Notes under the pieces: model-generated
Database searches by the model: none
Seen by the model: only the letters and a program-made list of their open reading frames with translations
What the model was told of the DNA's origin: nothing
Translations under genes and position numbers: made by a program
From: Archangium sp.
Lineage (GTDB): Bacteria > Myxococcota > Myxococcia > Myxococcales > Myxococcaceae
Assembly: GCA_031367385.1 (NCBI GenBank)
Contig: JANLPS010000371.1
Span: forward strand, 1-10,488
Length of the DNA stretch: 10,488 bases
Reading direction: 5' to 3'
In this document: one piece after another, positions 1 to 9,409 of the stretch
How positions within the stretch are numbered: the first letter of the stretch is position 1
How the letters are laid out: each line of letters opens with the position of its first letter

Positions 1-1
1 C

Positions 2-388
2 ATCATCGTGATCGTCGCCGCGGGGCTGATCGTCGCGACCGTGATCATGCTGGTGCTCGAGAAGCGAAAAGAGATCGCCGTCCTCAAGGCGCTGGGCGTA
101 CCCGACGGCGGCATCGTGAAGATCTTCCTCGCTGAGGGCCTTCAGATCGGCGTGGCGGGCGGTGTGCTCGGACTCTTCGCCGGACTCGCCTGGTGCCTGT
201 TCATCGAGAAGGTCGGCATCAAGCTCGACGCTCAGGTCTATTACATCCCGGCGCTGCCGGTTCGCATCGAGCCGTTTCAGATCGCCTTCTCGGTCGTGGT
301 CGCGGTGTTGATCACCTTCTTGGCCAGCGTCTACCCCGCGCTCAAAGCCGCGCAGGTCGAACCCGTCGACGGCCTCAAGTCGGAGTGA
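2..388 (+). CDS. lolC: Lipoprotein-releasing ABC transporter permease, LolC/LolE family (FtsX-like C-terminal domain); 5'-truncated by the window edge
   Basis: The frame is open from position 2. It contains IMLVLEKRKEIAVLKALG, IFLAEG..IG..GG.LG, VYYIPALPV and the terminal ASVYPALKAAQVEPVDGLKSE, all typical of LolC/E C-termini, and lies directly upstream of lolD. LolC vs LolE vs LolF cannot be resolved from this fragment. Confidence 0.9.
   Translation: MIVIVAAGLIVATVIMLVLEKRKEIAVLKALGVPDGGIVKIFLAEGLQIGVAGGVLGLFAGLAWCLFIEKVGIKLDAQVYYIPALPVRIEPFQIAFSVVVAVLITFLASVYPALKAAQVEPVDGLKSE
382..385 (+). promoter_or_regulatory. Shine-Dalgarno site for lolD, consistent with translational coupling to lolC/E
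   Basis: The sequence GGAG-TGA-CG-ATG places GGAG 5 nt before the ATG, with the upstream stop codon in the spacer. Confidence 0.7.
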
Positions 389-390
389 CG

Positions 391-1068
391 ATGCCCGCCT
401 TTCTCGAAGTCGTCGACCTGCACAAGTCGTACTTTCTCAACGGCAAGCGCATCGACGTGCTGCGCGGAGTCAACGTTCGCATCGAAAAGGGCGAGCTGGT
501 CTCGCTGATCGGCGCGTCGGGCACCGGCAAGAGCACCTTTCTGCACGTGCTGGGTACCCTCGACGCCCCTGCCGCGGGCAGCTTGTTGTTCGAGGGCCGG
601 TCGGTCTTCGAGATGAACGACGCCCAGGTCGCTGAGTTTCGCAACCAGACCATCGGCTTCGTCTTTCAATCGCACTACCTGCTGCCTGAGTTCAGCGCGC
701 TCGAGAACGTGGCCATGCCGGCGCTGATTCACCGTGAAGACCGTCGCTCCGCGCTCAAACGGGCACGCGAGCTGCTCGACCGCGTCGGCCTGGGCGAGCG
801 CGCCGAGCACAAACCCGGCGAGCTCTCGGGCGGAGAATCACAGCGAGTCGCCCTGGCCCGGGCCCTGATGCTGAAGCCGGCCCTGCTGTTGGCCGATGAG
901 CCCACGGGGAACCTTGACCCAGCGACCGGAGAGGGCATTCACCAGCTCTTGCGCGACATCAACCGCGACCTGGGGGTGACCGCCATCGTCGTCACCCACA
1001 ATGAAGTGCTGGCCAAATCGATGCCCCGGCAGCTGCGGCTGCTCAGCGGGCAAGTCGTCACCGCCTAA
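391..1068 (+). CDS. lolD: Lipoprotein-releasing ABC transporter ATP-binding protein LolD (225 aa)
   Basis: The ATG at 391 follows GGAG (382-385), which abuts the upstream TGA. Motifs: Walker [21 protein letters not shown]-loop, LSGGE signature, Walker B LLLADE followed by PTGNLD, and VVTH switch. The ORF-track start at 193 is an over-extension. Confidence 0.95.
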   Translation: MPAFLEVVDLHKSYFLNGKRIDVLRGVNVRIEKGELVSLIGASGTGKSTFLHVLGTLDAPAAGSLLFEGRSVFEMNDAQVAEFRNQTIGFVFQSHYLLPEFSALENVAMPALIHREDRRSALKRARELLDRVGLGERAEHKPGELSGGESQRVALARALMLKPALLLADEPTGNLDPATGEGIHQLLRDINRDLGVTAIVVTHNEVLAKSMPRQLRLLSGQVVTA

Positions 1069-1082
1069 CTCAAAAGAGAAGC

Positions 1083-1104
1083 GCGAAATCGCCTGTGATT
1101 TCGC
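1083..1104. other. Intergenic inverted repeat (RNA stem-loop or operator) between lolD and bamA
   Basis: GCGAAATC-GCCTGT-GATTTCGC has perfect 8-bp arms and begins 14 nt after the lolD stop. No U-tract follows, so it is not a classic intrinsic terminator. Confidence 0.55.
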
Positions 1105-1157
1105 TCGTCTGATGGGCGCCTTTCTCCTATACGGCCTGCTCTCATTCGGAGTCGCTC

Positions 1158-3515
1158 ATTCTGCCCCGCGTCATCGTTGCAAAGGTCTTGTTGGTTGGTG
1201 CGCTGCTGGCCGCGCCGGCTTTTGCACAGGCGTTGCAGCCTGACGCGCCCGTGGCCGACACCGGCGATCAGTCGCTGAAGATCGTCGAGATTCGGGTCGA
1301 GAACAACCGCCGGGTCGAGTCTGAAGCCGTCATTCGCGCGCTCAAGCAGCAGGTCGGTGACACCTTCGACGCGACCAAGACCGGCGACGACCTCCGCGGG
1401 CTGTGGACGTTGAAGTATTTCAGCGACCTGCAGTTGCTGGTGCAGCGCACGCCCAAGGGCATTGCCTACATCGTTCGGGTCGAAGAAAAGCCCACCATTC
1501 GCAGCGTGAGCCTGCAGGGCAACGACGAGCTCGCCAAAGACGACTTCAAAGACGTCATCGACTTGAAGGCGTTCTCGATTCTCGACCTCGCGGCGGTGAA
1601 GCGAAACGTGAAGAAGATCTCCGACAAGTACGTCGAGAAGGGCTTCTTTCTCGCCGAGGTCACCTACGAGCTCAAACCCCACGAGGGCAACCGTGAGGTC
1701 GACGTGGTGTTCGTGATCAACGAGCACGCCAAGGTGATGGTCAAGGAGATCAACTTTCTCGGCGCGAACAAGGTCAAAGCCGAAGACCTCGAAGCGGTGA
1801 TGCAGACCCGCAAGGGCGGCTGGCTCTCGTTCTTCACCAGCGAAGGCAATTACCGCGAAGAAATTTTTCAGCGCGACATTCAAATCGTTCAGTCGGCGTA
1901 CTTCGACCGCGGCTTCGTGAACGTCAAAATCGAGAAGCCCGTCGTCACGCTCTCGGCCGACAAGAAGTTCATCAGCATCAGCATTCGGGTCGACGAGGGC
2001 GAGGCCTACAGCATCGGCAAGATCGACTTCTCAGGCGACCTGCTGGTCAGCAAAGAGCTGCTGCACCTGCGCATGACCTCGAAAGAGGGGCAGATCTTCA
2101 ACCGTTCGCTGCTCGCGCGCGACATTCAGGCAATCACCGACATCTATTACGACTCGGGGTACGCCTACGCGAACATCACTCCGGTGACCCAGGTCAATGG
2201 TGAAGCCAAGAGCATCGACCTCACCTTCGACGTGCAGCAGGGCAAGCAGGTCACCATCGAGCGCATCGACATCACCGGCAACACCAAGACGCGCGACAAG
2301 GTCATTCGCCGGCAGATGCGCGTGTTCGAAGGCGAGCTCTTCAACGGCACCGGCATTCGCCGCAGCAAAGAGAAGGCCTTCGCCCTCGGCTTCTTCGAGA
2401 CCGTCGAGGTCACCCACAAGCCCGGCATCGACAGCGAGCACGTGGTGGTCGTGGTCGAAGTGAAAGAGAAGTCGACCGGCACGTTTCAGGTCGGCCTGGG
2501 TTTCTCGAACATCGAGAGCTTCATCTTCACCGCGCAGATCGCGCAGCAGAACTTCTTGGGGTGGGGCCAGTCGGTCTCGGCCAGCGCCCAGCTCTCAGGG
2601 CTGCGCAGCTTCTTTCAGTTGAGCTACGTCGACCCGTACTTTCTCGACACCAACTTCATCGCCAGCATCGACGCGTATCGAACGCAGCTCGACTACTTCG
2701 GCTTCGTGCGCGACGCGTACGGCGGCACCGCGAGCTTGGGTTACTACCTCATCGCCGACGAGATGTCGGTCAGCTTGGGCTACACCCGCGAGTGGGTCAA
2801 CGTGCAGCCCAGCGCCAGCGCGGTCTTGCTCGCCGACCAATTTCGCAGCGGCGACACCAGCTCGATTCGCGCCTCGTGGACGTGGGACAAGCGCAACAAC
2901 CGCCTCTTTCCCTCGCAGGGGTTCTTGAGCTTCGCGTCGGTCGAGACCGCTCCGGCCTTCTTGGGCGGCAGCTACTTGTTCAATCGGTACACGGCGTATC
3001 AGCGCGTGTACTTCCCGCTCCCGTTGGGGGCGGTGTTCAAGATGAACGCGCAGCTCGGGTACATTCAGCAGCTCGACGCGAACAAGGGCCTGCCGTCGTC
3101 AGAGCTCTATTACCTCGGCGGCATTTACACGATTCGCGGCTACCCGATTCGCACCGTCTCGCCCACGCAGCTGGCGGCTTCGAACGTGTCGGGCCAGACC
3201 ACGCAGATCGCCGTCGGTGGCGACAAGCAGTTCATCTTCAACGCCGAGCTCGAGTTTCCCATCTTCGAGAAGGTCGGTATTCGCGGCGTGCTCTTCTATG
3301 ACGCCGGTAACGCCTTCGCACGTGACGCGAAGTTCGGAGAAGACAAGCAGTACCCCAACTTGCCCCTCGGCCTGTTGCACTCGGTCGGCTTCGGGTTTCG
3401 CTGGTTCTCGCCGGTCGGCCCGCTGCGCTTCGAGTGGGGCATTCCCCTCAATCGGCGCGCCGACAAGGGTGACTTGCCTATTCAGTTCGAGTTCACCATC
3501 GGTAACTCGTTCTAG
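1158..3515 (+). CDS. bamA: Outer membrane protein assembly factor BamA (Omp85 family); start uncertain (ATT 1158, CTG 1161, TTG 1188 or TTG 1191)
   Basis: It has a Sec signal ending APAFA-Q and five POTRA repeats (IRVENNRRV, VSLQGNDEL, INFLGANKV, IDFSGDL, IDITGNTKTRDKVIRR). The barrel begins at EKSTGTFQVGLG, followed by QQNFLGWGQ, the L6 motif LGG..TIRGY, and the C-terminal RWFSPVGPLRFEWG...FEFTIGNSF with terminal Phe. The lolCD-bamA synteny fits. Confidence 0.97.
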   Translation: MLPRVIVAKVLLVGALLAAPAFAQALQPDAPVADTGDQSLKIVEIRVENNRRVESEAVIRALKQQVGDTFDATKTGDDLRGLWTLKYFSDLQLLVQRTPKGIAYIVRVEEKPTIRSVSLQGNDELAKDDFKDVIDLKAFSILDLAAVKRNVKKISDKYVEKGFFLAEVTYELKPHEGNREVDVVFVINEHAKVMVKEINFLGANKVKAEDLEAVMQTRKGGWLSFFTSEGNYREEIFQRDIQIVQSAYFDRGFVNVKIEKPVVTLSADKKFISISIRVDEGEAYSIGKIDFSGDLLVSKELLHLRMTSKEGQIFNRSLLARDIQAITDIYYDSGYAYANITPVTQVNGEAKSIDLTFDVQQGKQVTIERIDITGNTKTRDKVIRRQMRVFEGELFNGTGIRRSKEKAFALGFFETVEVTHKPGIDSEHVVVVVEVKEKSTGTFQVGLGFSNIESFIFTAQIAQQNFLGWGQSVSASAQLSGLRSFFQLSYVDPYFLDTNFIASIDAYRTQLDYFGFVRDAYGGTASLGYYLIADEMSVSLGYTREWVNVQPSASAVLLADQFRSGDTSSIRASWTWDKRNNRLFPSQGFLSFASVETAPAFLGGSYLFNRYTAYQRVYFPLPLGAVFKMNAQLGYIQQLDANKGLPSSELYYLGGIYTIRGYPIRTVSPTQLAASNVSGQTTQIAVGGDKQFIFNAELEFPIFEKVGIRGVLFYDAGNAFARDAKFGEDKQYPNLPLGLLHSVGFGFRWFSPVGPLRFEWGIPLNRRADKGDLPIQFEFTIGNSF

Positions 3516-4350
3516 GTCGCGCCGCGCGAGCGGGCGAACGCGGGCGCCGCGGCAGTGAGAAACTGCTCGAGATCGGTGGCTCGCTCGCCGAGAAGGCTCG
3601 AGAGCAGAGGGTCGACGGTCGCGGCATCTCCGTGTCGGAGCCCAACGTGGAGGTACGTCTGAATCACGGCCTGTGTCAGGCCCGCCCCTCTTCTCACCAA
3701 TGACAGAAGGTACCCTGCGGCGCTCGCCGGTACGTAGCGAATGGGTCGGTTGGTGACCCGCGAGAGAATCGCTGCCGCTTGCACGAACGTGAAGCACTCC
3801 GGGCCGGTCAACCGATACCCTTGCCCACGATGAGACGTGGGGCTCGAAAAAATCTTTGCCGCGAGCCGGCCGATGTCTCTGACGTCGACGAAGGCCACGG
3901 TCCCACCACCGGCGGGCAGGTAGACCCTGTCGTCTCGCGAATGTCGCGCAGGTACGCATCGGTGAAGTTTTGAGCGAAGAACCCTGGGCGCAAAAAGGTC
4001 CATTCGTTCGAGGCTTGCATGAGGTGCTGCTCGACGGCGTAGTGGGGTATTCGCGGCCGAGACTCGGCGCCCTGCACCGAGAGGAAGACGACGTGCCCGA
4101 CTCCCCGAGTGCGCGCGAAGTCGACGAATGGGTTCAGGGTTTGTGCGACGTTCGAAATTGCAGGCGGCCGTAGCAGAAAGAGCTGGGTACAGCCCTCGAG
4201 CGCGGGGGCCCAGGTCGTGCGTTCGCTGAAATCGAAGCGGCGGTCGCTCGATGCGGAGCGGTCTGCCCCGACGGCGGCGAGCCCCCGAGCCTTGCAGGCC
4301 GCGAGCACCGCGCCGCCCGCGTTGACCCGAGCGCCAGTGACCAGGATCAT
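3512..4350 (-). pseudogene. NmrA-family NAD(P)-binding protein (atypical SDR), frameshifted near 3933-3934; 279 aa if one base is restored
   Basis: The N-half (ORF from 4350) carries MILVTGA, FDF, LFLLRPP, VVFLSVQGA, IPHYAVE and WTFLRPGFFAQN. The C-half (frame ending at 3512) carries RVYLPAG.G.VAFVDVRDIG, YRLTGPE and LSRVTNRPIRY. The minus strand reads CGC GAG AC GAC AGG GTC TAC; one added G gives R-E-D-D-R-V-Y and an 840-nt frame. A sequencing error cannot be excluded. Confidence 0.85.
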
Positions 4351-4354
4351 TCGT

Positions 4355-4963
4355 TCACCACGCCACGAAGGGCGCGCGGCGCGTGTAGCTGCGGTCGGTG
4401 GCTTGCTCGAGACAGAACCGGGCCAGGTCGCCGCGCCCCACCGTGGTGCCCGCGGCCTGATCGAGCGTCACACGCACCGGCTTCTGCGGAGGCCCATCGA
4501 CCAACCGCGGCGGACGAACGAGGGTCCAGTCGAGGGTGCTGGCGCTGAGCACCGCGAGCTCTCGCACCTTGTCGGCCATCACCTTGGGAGAGACCAGGCC
4601 AATCATTCGGGAGATGACCCGGGCCATCAAACCCTTCTTGTCGCCGGGCGCGTCGACCCCTGCGCCGCCGATCGAGACGTACCGTCGCACCTGGTTCTCG
4701 ACCGCGCGCTCAGCGGCGATGCTGCACACTGAAAAATCAGGGCCCGAGGGCCCCAGCGCCGAGATGACGACCTCGCTCTCGAGCACGGCTTCGCGAAAGC
4801 GCTCCGGCGCGTGAACGTCGCCGATGACCACCTTCAATCTCGGGTGCGGGGCAAGGGCGTCGGGTTTGCGACACAGCGCTGTGACGTCGTGACCCGCCGC
4901 GAGCGACAGTTCGACGATTGAGCGACCGGTTCGGCCGGTCGCACCAAGAATGGCTATTTTCAT
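4355..4963 (-). CDS. NAD(P)H-binding oxidoreductase, flavin reductase/biliverdin reductase B-like atypical SDR (202 aa)
   Basis: It has an intact Rossmann motif GATGRTG, plus GHDVTAL.R, GDV, VISALG, LDWTLVRP and R.DLA.F. The start overlaps the tetR stop (ATGA), and 4 nt separate it from the next gene. Confidence 0.9.
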   Translation of the reverse strand: MKIAILGATGRTGRSIVELSLAAGHDVTALCRKPDALAPHPRLKVVIGDVHAPERFREAVLESEVVISALGPSGPDFSVCSIAAERAVENQVRRYVSIGGAGVDAPGDKKGLMARVISRMIGLVSPKVMADKVRELAVLSASTLDWTLVRPPRLVDGPPQKPVRVTLDQAAGTTVGRGDLARFCLEQATDRSYTRRAPFVAW

Positions 4964-5520
4964 GAGGCCTCAGGGTCTTCGAAGAATGCGTCGAGCAACG
5001 TGGTGAGAAACACTCCGTCGTCGCCAGGAGCAAATGCGCTGCCCCCGAGATAGCGGTTGAAGACGCGTGCCTCCATCGCGCCAAGCACTGCCTCGGCCAT
5101 CGCTCCAGGCGCGACCCGCGTGGGCATGGCGACCAGCCAATCGCGCAGAGCGCTTCGCAACGCCACAGTGGGTGGCACTCCGCTGCGTTTTGGCCTCGGC
5201 CGCGAATGGCGTATGACGACGATGTTGGGCAAGGCGCTCCTCAGAAAGGCGTTGATCTGAAGCAGCAAGGCCTCGAGCTGCTCCCGCGGGTTGGTCTTCG
5301 GAGGCCCTCGTCGAAGCGCTTCGAGAAACGACGGAAGGGGCGATTCGAGGGCCTGGCTGAACAAGGCCTCCTTGCTGCCCACCCGATGCGACAGCGCAGG
5401 GGCGGTCACCCCGAGCCGCGCAGCGATGGCCGAGAGCGGCGCCGATGGCCCCAGCTCGAGAAAGGTCAGGCGTGCGGCTTCGAGAATCTGAGGGTGGGTG
5501 ACGCGTGCTGGTCGAGCCAT
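4960..5520 (-). CDS. TetR/AcrR family transcriptional regulator (186 aa)
   Basis: The start MARP is followed by the HTH ILEAARLTFLELG...IAARLGVTAPAL..R.GSKEALF. The length is typical for the family, and it is the first gene of a tightly coupled three-gene run. Confidence 0.92.
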   Translation of the reverse strand: MARPARVTHPQILEAARLTFLELGPSAPLSAIAARLGVTAPALSHRVGSKEALFSQALESPLPSFLEALRRGPPKTNPREQLEALLLQINAFLRSALPNIVVIRHSRPRPKRSGVPPTVALRSALRDWLVAMPTRVAPGAMAEAVLGAMEARVFNRYLGGSAFAPGDDGVFLTTLLDAFFEDPEAS

Positions 5521-5524
5521 CTCG

Positions 5525-5550
5525 AATTACTTAACAGGCATTTATTAACT
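5525..5550. promoter_or_regulatory. AT-rich promoter/putative TetR operator (imperfect palindrome TTAACAGGC-ATTTATTAA, 5531-5548)
   Basis: This is the most AT-rich patch I could see in the window. It is bounded by TTAA at both ends and lies 11-28 nt upstream of the tetR ATG. TetR autoregulation through such palindromes is well established. Confidence 0.55.
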
Positions 5551-5622
5551 CGCCACCCGGAGTCAGTGGGACGAACGTTTTTCTCACCACATCGGGTTCG
5601 CAAGACGGCAGTGTGCGCGGCC

Positions 5623-6843
5623 ATGCGTTCGCATATCGGTGTCGTCGCGGTGGTTTTCTTGCTCGTGGGCTGTCGTGACGAGCAGGCGGGGCCCAAGCCC
5701 AAGGGTGGCCGACCCGCTGCCTCGACCGGCTCGAGCTCGGTGCAGACCCTCGATGGCGTGCCCAGCGACCTCACTTTTCGAAGCGGCGTGACCTGGGGCG
5801 GGGGAGGCATCACCTACCTCGGCTCGAAGGTCGAACCGAAGGCGCCCAAGGCGGGCGAGCAGGTCACCCTTCATCACTACTTCGTCGCGACCAAGCAGGC
5901 TCCGGCAGGCTTTCACTTCTTCATGCACCTGGTCGACGGGCAGTCACTGCAGATGCTCTCGAATTTGGACCACGAGATTCAGAACGGCGCCGCGCCGTTG
6001 GGCAGCTGGCCGCTGGGCAAAGTCGTTGAAGACACCCACCAGCTCCAGATGCCCGAGTACGCAGGCTCGCTGGGCATCATGATGGGCTTTTGGAACGACC
6101 AGGGCCGCTTGCCCCCTGATTCACCGAACGGCGCCGACACCATCGGCCGCGTCATCGGCCCCAAATTAGGGCAGGGCCAGGCCGCTCCGACATTGCCCGA
6201 GTACAAGACGGTCAAGGTCGCCAAGCCCCCGAAGATCGACGGCAAGATCGACGACGACGCGTGGAAAAACGCAGCCGCGGTCACCTTGACCACCAGCTAC
6301 GACGGCCGTGAAGCCCAGCGCAAAACCCGGTTTCGCGCGGTGTACGACGACACCAACATCTACGTGGCCTTCGACTGCGACGACCCCGACGTGTGGGGCA
6401 CGATGTTCAAGAAAGACGACCCGATTTACAACGAAGAGGTCGTCGAGGTGTTCTTCGACGCCGATGGTGATGGCGCCACGTACAACGAGCTCCAGGTCAG
6501 CCCGCACAACACCAACTTCGACGCGAGCTTCGTCGCCCGGCGCTCTGATTTGCCCGAAGCCATGAAGTGGGAGTCAGGCATGACCACCGCCGTCGACATT
6601 CGCGGCACCATCGACAAATCAGACGACGTCGATCAGGGCTGGAGCGCCGAGTTCAAGATACCCATCGCGAACTTGAACCACGTGCCCCGGGTGCCACCGC
6701 AAAAGGGCGACCGGTGGCGCTTCAACGCCTACCGGCTCGAGCACTTCGTTCACTCGGTGAACATCGAAGGGCAGTCGTTTTCACCGCTCTTCGTCGGTGA
6801 CTTTCACGCGCTGCCTCGCTTCGGCTGGTTCGTCTTCGAGTAG
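5623..6843 (+). CDS. Lipoprotein with an N-terminal Ig-like domain and a C-terminal carbohydrate-binding family 9-like (CBM9/DOMON-like) domain (406 aa)
   Basis: The ATG at 5623 gives MRSHIGVVAVVFLLVG-C17 (lipobox LVGC). CBM9-like motifs: PKIDGKIDDDAW, YDDTNIYVAF.C.DPD, DDPIYNEEVVEVFFD, YNELQVSP.N, WSAEFKIP and GDRWRFN.YR. The ORF-track start at 5206 overlaps tetR and is rejected. Confidence 0.88.
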   Translation: MRSHIGVVAVVFLLVGCRDEQAGPKPKGGRPAASTGSSSVQTLDGVPSDLTFRSGVTWGGGGITYLGSKVEPKAPKAGEQVTLHHYFVATKQAPAGFHFFMHLVDGQSLQMLSNLDHEIQNGAAPLGSWPLGKVVEDTHQLQMPEYAGSLGIMMGFWNDQGRLPPDSPNGADTIGRVIGPKLGQGQAAPTLPEYKTVKVAKPPKIDGKIDDDAWKNAAAVTLTTSYDGREAQRKTRFRAVYDDTNIYVAFDCDDPDVWGTMFKKDDPIYNEEVVEVFFDADGDGATYNELQVSPHNTNFDASFVARRSDLPEAMKWESGMTTAVDIRGTIDKSDDVDQGWSAEFKIPIANLNHVPRVPPQKGDRWRFNAYRLEHFVHSVNIEGQSFSPLFVGDFHALPRFGWFVFE

Positions 6844-6851
6844 CCCGCGAC

Positions 6852-9332
<2,481 letters not shown>

Positions 9333-9409
9333 CGGGCGACCATCGCATTCTGCCACCTGCTTTCAACCGGCGAATGAAGGGCCGCCCGCGACCGGTCGCT
9401 TCGTGCGAG

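Noticed and set aside
193..390. 66-aa N-terminal extension of LolD in the ORF track
   Set aside because: It overlaps lolC/E out of frame and is Arg-rich. The ATG at 391 has an SD and gives a normal LolD length.
1065..2840. Minus-strand ORFs antisense to bamA (1065-1883, 2031-2441, 2595-2840), and similar ORFs opposite lolD and the CBM9 gene
   Set aside because: These show the same in-register shadow effect and have no family motifs.
2561..3959. Long alternative-frame ORFs (2561-3301 on +, 3099-3959 on -)
   Set aside because: They are Arg/Ala/Pro-rich translations typical of off-frame GC-rich DNA and overlap well-supported genes.
3512..4003. Treating the 163-aa and 180-aa ORFs as two separate genes, or as a programmed frameshift
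   Set aside because: They are consecutive halves of one NmrA-family domain, and there is no slippery heptamer or long homopolymer at the switch point.
4922..4942. 8-bp-arm hairpin GCGACCGG-TTCGG-CCGGTCGC as a regulatory element
   Set aside because: It is explained by the codons of the ATGRTGR Rossmann motif and has no independent support.
5173..5186. TGGCAC...CTGC as a sigma-54 promoter
   Set aside because: The GG-to-GC spacing is 9 rather than the required 10, and the site lies inside tetR.
5206..5622. 139-aa N-terminal extension of the CBM9 lipoprotein
   Set aside because: It overlaps tetR on the opposite strand and crosses the promoter region. The ATG at 5623 yields a clean lipoprotein signal.
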